Source: Candidatus Margulisiibacteriota bacterium (GTDB lineage Bacteria; Margulisbacteria; WOR-1; O2-12-FULL-45-9; XYB2-FULL-48-7). Taken from it: DNA of 64,000 bases. Below the pieces are notes generated by a model that saw only the letters and a list, made by a program, of their open reading frames with translations, was not told the origin of the DNA and searched no databases. This document shows positions 58,791 through 64,000 of the stretch, piece by piece. A program made the translations under genes and the position numbers. Within the stretch, counting starts at the first letter, position 1; every line of letters starts with the position of its first letter. Where the stretch lies: assembly GCA_041658645.1 (NCBI GenBank), contig JBAZZV010000006.1, forward strand, positions 19,486-83,485, in the 5' to 3' direction.

Positions 58791-60270
58791 TTAACAATTC
58801 TATGAAGGTCCGCACCGGCACACCGGTCGCCCCTTCCGGTAAGTACCCGCGCCCCTTGTTGAGGAAAGCGGTCCCGGCGATATCGAGATGGGCCCAGGCG
58901 GTCTCACCGACAAATTTAGCCAGGAAAGCGGCGCCGCTGGAAGGGGACGCCTTACCGGTCCCGGAAGTGTTCTTCAAGTCGGCGATTTTGCTTTTCAAAG
59001 CTTCTTTGTATTCGTCATAGAGCGGCAGCTGCCACATCTTCTGGCCGCAGTTGTTGCCCGCCGCGATCACCCGGTCGATCAGCGCCTGGTCATTGCCGAT
59101 CACCGCCGTGGCCGCATCCCCCAGGGCGACAATACAGCCGCCGGTCAGGGTCGCCACATCTATTAGTTTGGTCGCGCCCCTTTTTTTGGCGTAAGTGATC
59201 GCGTCGGCCAGGATCATCCGCCCTTCGGCGTCGGTGTTGGTCACTTCGATCGTATAGCCCGCCAGGGAGGAGACGACATCGCCCGGCTTGGTCGCGTGGC
59301 CGGAAGGCATATTCTCGGTCAGCGGGATAACACCCAGGACGTTCTTCTTCGGCTTCAGGTCGGAGAGCAGGCTCATCACGCCGAGCACGGCGGCCGCCCC
59401 GGCCATGTCGGACTTCATCTCGTCCATATTCTTGGATGGCTTAAGCGAAATGCCGCCGGAATCAAAAGTGATCCCCTTGCCGATCAGGGCGATCTTGGCC
59501 TTGGAGCGCGGATCGCCGCGGTATTCCAGGGCAACGAGGCGCGGCGGCTGGTTCGAACCCTTGGCCACTGCCCAGAGCGCCTCCATCCCCGCTTTTTTCG
59601 GGTCAAGGACGGTGAACTTTAAACCGTTGATCCGGGCGATCTTTCTGGCCAGTTCGGCAAAACGGACCGGGGTCATCCGGTTGGACGGCTCATTGACCAG
59701 GTCACGCGCGTGGTTCTCCGCTTCGGCAATGATCAGGCCGAGCTTGGCCCCCCGGCTGATGGCGCCAAGCTTTGTCCGGTCGTGATCGACCAGCACCAGC
59801 TCTTTGACCGCGAACTGCGGCTCGTCGTTATCTTTGGCATAGCCGGCGAACTTATACAAGCCAAGGATCGCCCCTTCAACCAGCGCCTTGGCCGCCTCTT
59901 CCGGATCAAGGTCGCCGCAGCCGCAACCGTGGACGATCGTCACGACCCGTCCGGCTTTGATCTCTTGGGCTTTTTTGATCAGCGCGGCCGCCGCCCGGCG
60001 TCCCGCTTCCAGGTCAAATTTATCCTGCTTACCCAGGCCGAGGACGGCCACCTTGCGTACTTTCAATTTACCCGGGCAATGGATGACGGTGATCTTATCC
60101 GCCTTACCGTCGATCTCGCCATCTTTGATCAGGCGGCTGATCATCCCGCCGAGGGCCTGGTCCGCCACCGCGGTCGCGCCAGTCGGCTTCTTGACCCCCG
60201 CGAATAAACCGACGACCAACAGGTCGCCGCTGATCCCAGTCAGCGAGCCGCTCTCTACCCTGATCTTCAC
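58783..60270 (-). CDS. pepA: Leucyl aminopeptidase (M17 family)
   Basis: NTDAEGRM signature, 495 aa. Confidence 0.85.
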   Translation of the reverse strand: MKIRVESGSLTGISGDLLVVGLFAGVKKPTGATAVADQALGGMISRLIKDGEIDGKADKITVIHCPGKLKVRKVAVLGLGKQDKFDLEAGRRAAAALIKKAQEIKAGRVVTIVHGCGCGDLDPEEAAKALVEGAILGLYKFAGYAKDNDEPQFAVKELVLVDHDRTKLGAISRGAKLGLIIAEAENHARDLVNEPSNRMTPVRFAELARKIARINGLKFTVLDPKKAGMEALWAVAKGSNQPPRLVALEYRGDPRSKAKIALIGKGITFDSGGISLKPSKNMDEMKSDMAGAAAVLGVMSLLSDLKPKKNVLGVIPLTENMPSGHATKPGDVVSSLAGYTIEVTNTDAEGRMILADAITYAKKRGATKLIDVATLTGGCIVALGDAATAVIGNDQALIDRVIAAGNNCGQKMWQLPLYDEYKEALKSKIADLKNTSGTGKASPSSGAAFLAKFVGETAWAHLDIAGTAFLNKGRGYLPEGATGVPVRTFIELLRS

Positions 60271-60827
60271 TAGAACTTCACCTTGGGGGCTTCTTTAGCC
60301 TCCTTGGCCGCTTCAAAGAAAGCTTTCTCCCGCTCAAAACCGAACATGCTCACAAAGAAAGCGGTCGGCAAGGTCTTGGCAGTAACATTGTATTCCTGGA
60401 CGGCGTCGTTATAGCGCATCCGGGCGACCGAGATCCGGTTCTCCGTGCCGGCCAACTCGTCCTGCAGGGCCCGGAAATTCTCGGCAGCCTTTAATTGCGG
60501 ATAGTTCTCGGCGACCGCCATCAACCGGCCGAGAAAACCTTCCATCTGGTTCGCCGCGGCAACCTTCTCGTTGGTGTTGCTGGCGCCGGCCCAAGCGGTC
60601 CGCGCCTTGGCCACGTTCTCAAAAAGTTCTTTTTCATGCGTCGCGTAACCCTTGACCGTTTCGACGAGGTTCGGGACCAGATCGTAGCGCCGCTGGAGCT
60701 GCGTTTCGACCTGCGCCCAATTAGTTTTGACGTTCTGGTCCTTACCGACCAAACCGTTATAAAGACCGACCAGCCACATCCCACCCACCAGAACAACGAC
60801 CAGTATCCCAATTAACCATTTCCACAT
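60270..60827 (-). CDS. lemA: LemA-family protein
   Basis: Start MWKWLIG after AAGGAGG; N-terminal TM, LemA core. Confidence 0.75.
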   Translation of the reverse strand: MWKWLIGILVVVLVGGMWLVGLYNGLVGKDQNVKTNWAQVETQLQRRYDLVPNLVETVKGYATHEKELFENVAKARTAWAGASNTNEKVAAANQMEGFLGRLMAVAENYPQLKAAENFRALQDELAGTENRISVARMRYNDAVQEYNVTAKTLPTAFFVSMFGFEREKAFFEAAKEAKEAPKVKF

Positions 60828-60926
60828 ACTATTTCCTCCTTCGTGATTGGAATCCTGCGACTGAACGTCGCGGCTTCCAATCATATTCAGGAAACCGCGA
60901 AGTTTATTCGCCGGTTTCCTGAATGT

Positions 60927-61736
60927 TTACCAACTTCTCCCCGCACCACCACCACCACTGCCCCCGCCGCCAAACCTCCCCGAACCGCTCGACCAACCAC
61001 CGCCACCAAAACCGGAAATTCTGGTATATGATAACACAAAACCGAGGCAGGCTCCAACCAACGCCCCAACGCCGCCAAAGAGCATAAAGCCGAAAACCGC
61101 CCCCACCCCGGCGCCAAACAGCCCGGCCACGATCCCCGAAGCAAAAGTGGAAAGGATAACTATGATGACAAAAGCAATATTGATCGTGAACTCCGGATCG
61201 AACTTACCTGTCCAGGACAAATGGGTAGCCCCTGCGCCGGCTAAGACCTCGCCTTCTTCGCTCGCCCGGCCGGAGATCCGGTCGGCTAAAGCGGTGACCG
61301 TGTTCAGCAATCCGGCAGAGTAGTTCCCTTGTTTGAAGTACGGTATGGCATATTCATCGAGGATCCGGCCGGCCCGGGCGTCGGTGATGATCCCTTCCAG
61401 GCCATAACCGACTTCTACTTCGACCCGCCGCTCGTCCCGGGCAAAGAGGACCAGCAAGCCGTTATCTTTATTCTTCTTGCCGATCCCCCATTTCTCAAAT
61501 AACTTGACCGCGTACTCTTTGGAATCGAGCGGCGCGACGGTCGCGACAATGGCCAGGGCGATCTCGGCCGAGGTCTGTTTTTCCAGCTGACGGCAAACCT
61601 CTGCTATCTTTTGGCTAGACGACGCGTCCAGCAAGCCGATATAATCGTTGACAAAACCTCGGGAGAGCGGTAGATCGGGCGCCGCGGCCAAGGCGGCGGA
61701 GCAAAGCAGGCACCAGCAGAGCAAAACTCGTTTCAA
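60927..61736 (-). CDS. TPM-domain protein (YgcG-like) with C-terminal TM and Gly-rich tail
   Basis: Signal peptide, TPM domain, TM helix, GGGGSGGGG tail. Confidence 0.7.
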   Translation of the reverse strand: MKRVLLCWCLLCSAALAAAPDLPLSRGFVNDYIGLLDASSSQKIAEVCRQLEKQTSAEIALAIVATVAPLDSKEYAVKLFEKWGIGKKNKDNGLLVLFARDERRVEVEVGYGLEGIITDARAGRILDEYAIPYFKQGNYSAGLLNTVTALADRISGRASEEGEVLAGAGATHLSWTGKFDPEFTINIAFVIIVILSTFASGIVAGLFGAGVGAVFGFMLFGGVGALVGACLGFVLSYTRISGFGGGGWSSGSGRFGGGGSGGGGAGRSW

Positions 61737-62455
61737 TTTGTCCTCTTGCTAAAATTCAGGAAAAAACCAAGGGCCGCCGCCAGGGCCATCCCCGGCACTC
61801 CCAGAAACATGTAACCAAATAGCCCGCCGACCGCGATACTGAAGCCCATCAGAAATCCGCCGCCGGTCACCAGGGTCAGAGCGATCGCGACCAACACCAG
61901 AAGAAAAAGAGGGAAAGAGGCTTTTTCCCAATTCAGCCCGCCAAACCAAGCCCCCTTGGTCGGCCAGTGAGCCAGGATCTGCTGAATGATAAGCCCGGAG
62001 CCGACCTCAACCCCCTGGGAAAACTTACCTTCGGCGAGTTCCGCCATCACGCTCCACTCCATCTGCTCTTTTTCTTCCTGGGTAAAAAGCTTGTCGACCT
62101 GCCGGCCCAGAATGATCTTGACCTGGCGGTCGACGATCGAGACCAGCAGCAGGACGCCATGCTCCAGGCCGTCTTTGGCCTGGCCAACATCCCAGCGGTC
62201 ATACAATTGCTGGCCGTAAGCCTGGGCATCGATCACTTCCATCATCTCCACCGAACGAATGACGACCACCCGGTATTTGACCGAAGTGATCCGCTTCAGT
62301 TCGCCGGCCAACTTCTCAACTTTATCCCTGGTATAAGCGTCAACGACCTCGGCGTAATCCGACACGACCCCCTGCTCCTTGATCAGTTCGACTTTCTGGG
62401 CGGAAGATATGGAGAGGAGGAGAAGGCAGGTCAAACCGGCCAAGAACAGCCTCAT
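61733..62455 (-). CDS. TPM-domain protein (second copy in the LemA-TPM-TPM operon)
   Basis: Signal peptide + TPM domain + C-terminal TMs. Confidence 0.65.
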   Translation of the reverse strand: MRLFLAGLTCLLLLSISSAQKVELIKEQGVVSDYAEVVDAYTRDKVEKLAGELKRITSVKYRVVVIRSVEMMEVIDAQAYGQQLYDRWDVGQAKDGLEHGVLLLVSIVDRQVKIILGRQVDKLFTQEEKEQMEWSVMAELAEGKFSQGVEVGSGLIIQQILAHWPTKGAWFGGLNWEKASFPLFLLVLVAIALTLVTGGGFLMGFSIAVGGLFGYMFLGVPGMALAAALGFFLNFSKRTN

Positions 62456-62874
62456 TAGAAGAAGATCGCCAGTTCCCGGGCCGCCGACTCCGGGCTGTCA
62501 GAGCCGTGGACCAGATTTTTGATAATGCCCTGCTCATTGATCACTTCGGCTTCACGCAGGTCGCCGCGGATCGTGCCGCGGGCCGCCGCCAGCGGGTCGG
62601 TCTCGCCCATCAATTCGCGCAGGCGGGCGATCGCCCCTTCGCCCGCTACCGTGCAGGCAACGACCGGGCCGGAAGTGATGAACTTGACCAGTCCGGGATA
62701 GAATTTTTTTCCCAGATGCGGCCGGTAAAGGTCAGCCGCTTCCGCCGGGGTTAATTGGAGAATACGGCTCGTCTCGATCTTCAGGCCGGCCTGGTCAACC
62801 CGGGCAAAGATCTCTTTTTCGAGGCCGCGGGCAACACCGTCAGGCTTGATCATGAAGTAGCTCTTTTCGAGCAC
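62455..62874 (-). CDS. ndk: Nucleoside-diphosphate kinase
   Basis: YFMIKPDGV, NLVHGSDS (active-site His). Confidence 0.85.
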   Translation of the reverse strand: MLEKSYFMIKPDGVARGLEKEIFARVDQAGLKIETSRILQLTPAEAADLYRPHLGKKFYPGLVKFITSGPVVACTVAGEGAIARLRELMGETDPLAAARGTIRGDLREAEVINEQGIIKNLVHGSDSPESAARELAIFF

Positions 62875-64000
62875 GCTTGATCGCCTCCTTGACCCGGTGC
62901 GGAGCTGTCCCGCCGGTGATATCGCGATTGGCCAGGCTGCTTTCGACCGACAACACGCGGGTCGCGTCGTAGCCGAAAGCGTCCGAAAATTCCTTCAGCT
63001 GTTTCAGCGAAAGGTATTCCAGCTCCATGTTCGATTCTTCACAGAAAGCGACGATCTTACCAACGATCGCATGAGCGTCGCGGAATGGCACGTCATGGCC
63101 GACCAGATAATAAGCCAGGTCGGTCGCGGTCAGGAAACCTTTTTTCGCCGCCGCTTTCATTACGTCGGCATTGACCTTCATCGTGGCCAGCATCTCGACA
63201 TAGATCGAGAGGACCGCCTTGACGGTATCGACCGAATCAAAGAGCGCTTCCTTGTCTTCCTGCATATCACGGTTATAAGCGAGCGGCAGCCCTTTCAAGG
63301 TTGTCAGCAGGCCAAGCAGGTTGCCAAAAACGCGGCCGGTCTTCCCCCGGCTTAATTCGGCGATGTCCGGGTTTTTTTTCTGGGGCATGATCGACGAGCC
63401 AGTAGTGTATTTGTCAGAGAGCTCGATAAAATCAAATTCGTAGCTCGACCAGATGATCAGTTCTTCGGAGAGGCGGGAGAGATGCATCATCAAAACTGCC
63501 GCGGCAGAGTTGAAGTCAATGGCAAAGTCACGATCGGAGACCGCGTCCAGGCTGTTGCGCGAGACCTTGGCAAAACCGAGGTCGCGAGCCAGCGCCTCCC
63601 GGTCGAGCCCGAAGGCCGCCCCGGCCAGCGCCCCGGAACCGAGGGGCATGACGTCGGCTTCCAAAGCGACCGCCAAAAAACGCTCCTTGTCCCTCTTCAG
63701 CATTTCGTAATAGGCGAGAAAATGGTGCGAGAGGAGGACCGGTTGGGCCCGCTGCAGGTGGGTATAGCCAGGCATGACGACCTTAAGATTATTGTCCGCC
63801 AGGTCAAGCAAACACCCCTGGAATTTATTCAGGCCGTCGACAATACTGGCTACTTCCGCTTTAACGTACATCCGGAGGTCGGTCGCCACCTGGTCGTTGC
63901 GGCTCCGGCCGGAATGGAGCTTCTTGCCGATCTCGCCCACCTTGTTGATCAGGAAGGTTTCGATGTTCATGTGGATATCTTCCAGTTCCGGGGAGAGGGC
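62840..64000 (-). CDS. argH: Argininosuccinate lyase (N-terminus beyond window end)
   Basis: HSGRSRNDQVATD, GSSIMPQKKNPD fumarate-lyase signature. Confidence 0.85.
   Translation of the reverse strand, partial: ALSPELEDIHMNIETFLINKVGEIGKKLHSGRSRNDQVATDLRMYVKAEVASIVDGLNKFQGCLLDLADNNLKVVMPGYTHLQRAQPVLLSHHFLAYYEMLKRDKERFLAVALEADVMPLGSGALAGAAFGLDREALARDLGFAKVSRNSLDAVSDRDFAIDFNSAAAVLMMHLSRLSEELIIWSSYEFDFIELSDKYTTGSSIMPQKKNPDIAELSRGKTGRVFGNLLGLLTTLKGLPLAYNRDMQEDKEALFDSVDTVKAVLSIYVEMLATMKVNADVMKAAAKKGFLTATDLAYYLVGHDVPFRDAHAIVGKIVAFCEESNMELEYLSLKQLKEFSDAFGYDATRVLSVESSLANRDITGGTAPHRVKEAIKRARKELLHDQA

Noticed and set aside
62897-63710. Plus-strand ORFs 62897..63355 and 63453..63710
   Set aside because: They are antisense to argH, which has unmistakable lyase signatures, so they are shadow ORFs.

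Overview
This is a 64 kb chromosomal segment, about 55-58 % GC, from what looks like an uncultivated Gram-negative bacterium. The Gram-negative call rests on a signal-peptide OmpW-like β-barrel, two tandem small β-barrel OMPs with C-terminal Phe/Leu, T2SS/T4P-type pseudopilin and GspF genes, and an NlpE-like lipoprotein.

The backbone is housekeeping: a partial mutM, ktrBA, a pabB-like gene, tsaD, gatC-gatA...gatB, an lpd-like gene, gpmI, tRNA-Gly(GCC), eno, a dpp/opp-type ABC operon, metG, pepA, lemA followed by two TPM genes, ndk and a partial argH.

The backbone is broken up by accessory material:
- A locus (~14.0-18.5 kb) where one lipoprotein gene occurs as an N-terminal fragment, a full copy and a C-terminal fragment. 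Between the copies sit a GNAT cassette, a GyrI-like + FGE-like cassette and an AbiEii-like nucleotidyltransferase pair.
- A low-GC (~38 %) three-gene island (19.2-22.0 kb) encoding an ASCH protein, a 508-aa PIN+GNAT+PUA-like protein and a divergent FRG-domain protein. This is the best candidate for an undescribed RNA-modification-based conflict or defense module.
- An MNT/HEPN toxin-antitoxin pair inserted next to a degenerate duplicate of the tsaD 5' end.
- A B12-binding radical-SAM gene inserted next to a degenerate duplicate of the lpd 3' end.
- Two families of short dispersed repeats (MITE/RPE-like), some inserted in-frame into tsaD, a radical-SAM gene and an ABC permease.
- GGTACCA-type heptamer tandem repeats inside three housekeeping genes.
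- A 698-aa protein carrying ~11 near-identical 114-bp tandem repeats.

The repeated pattern of a cassette flanked by a direct, diverged duplicate of the adjacent gene end fits homology-facilitated (Campbell-type) integration. Several genes have TATAAT 6-7 nt upstream of the start codon, which suggests leaderless transcripts. No CRISPR array or rRNA is present.
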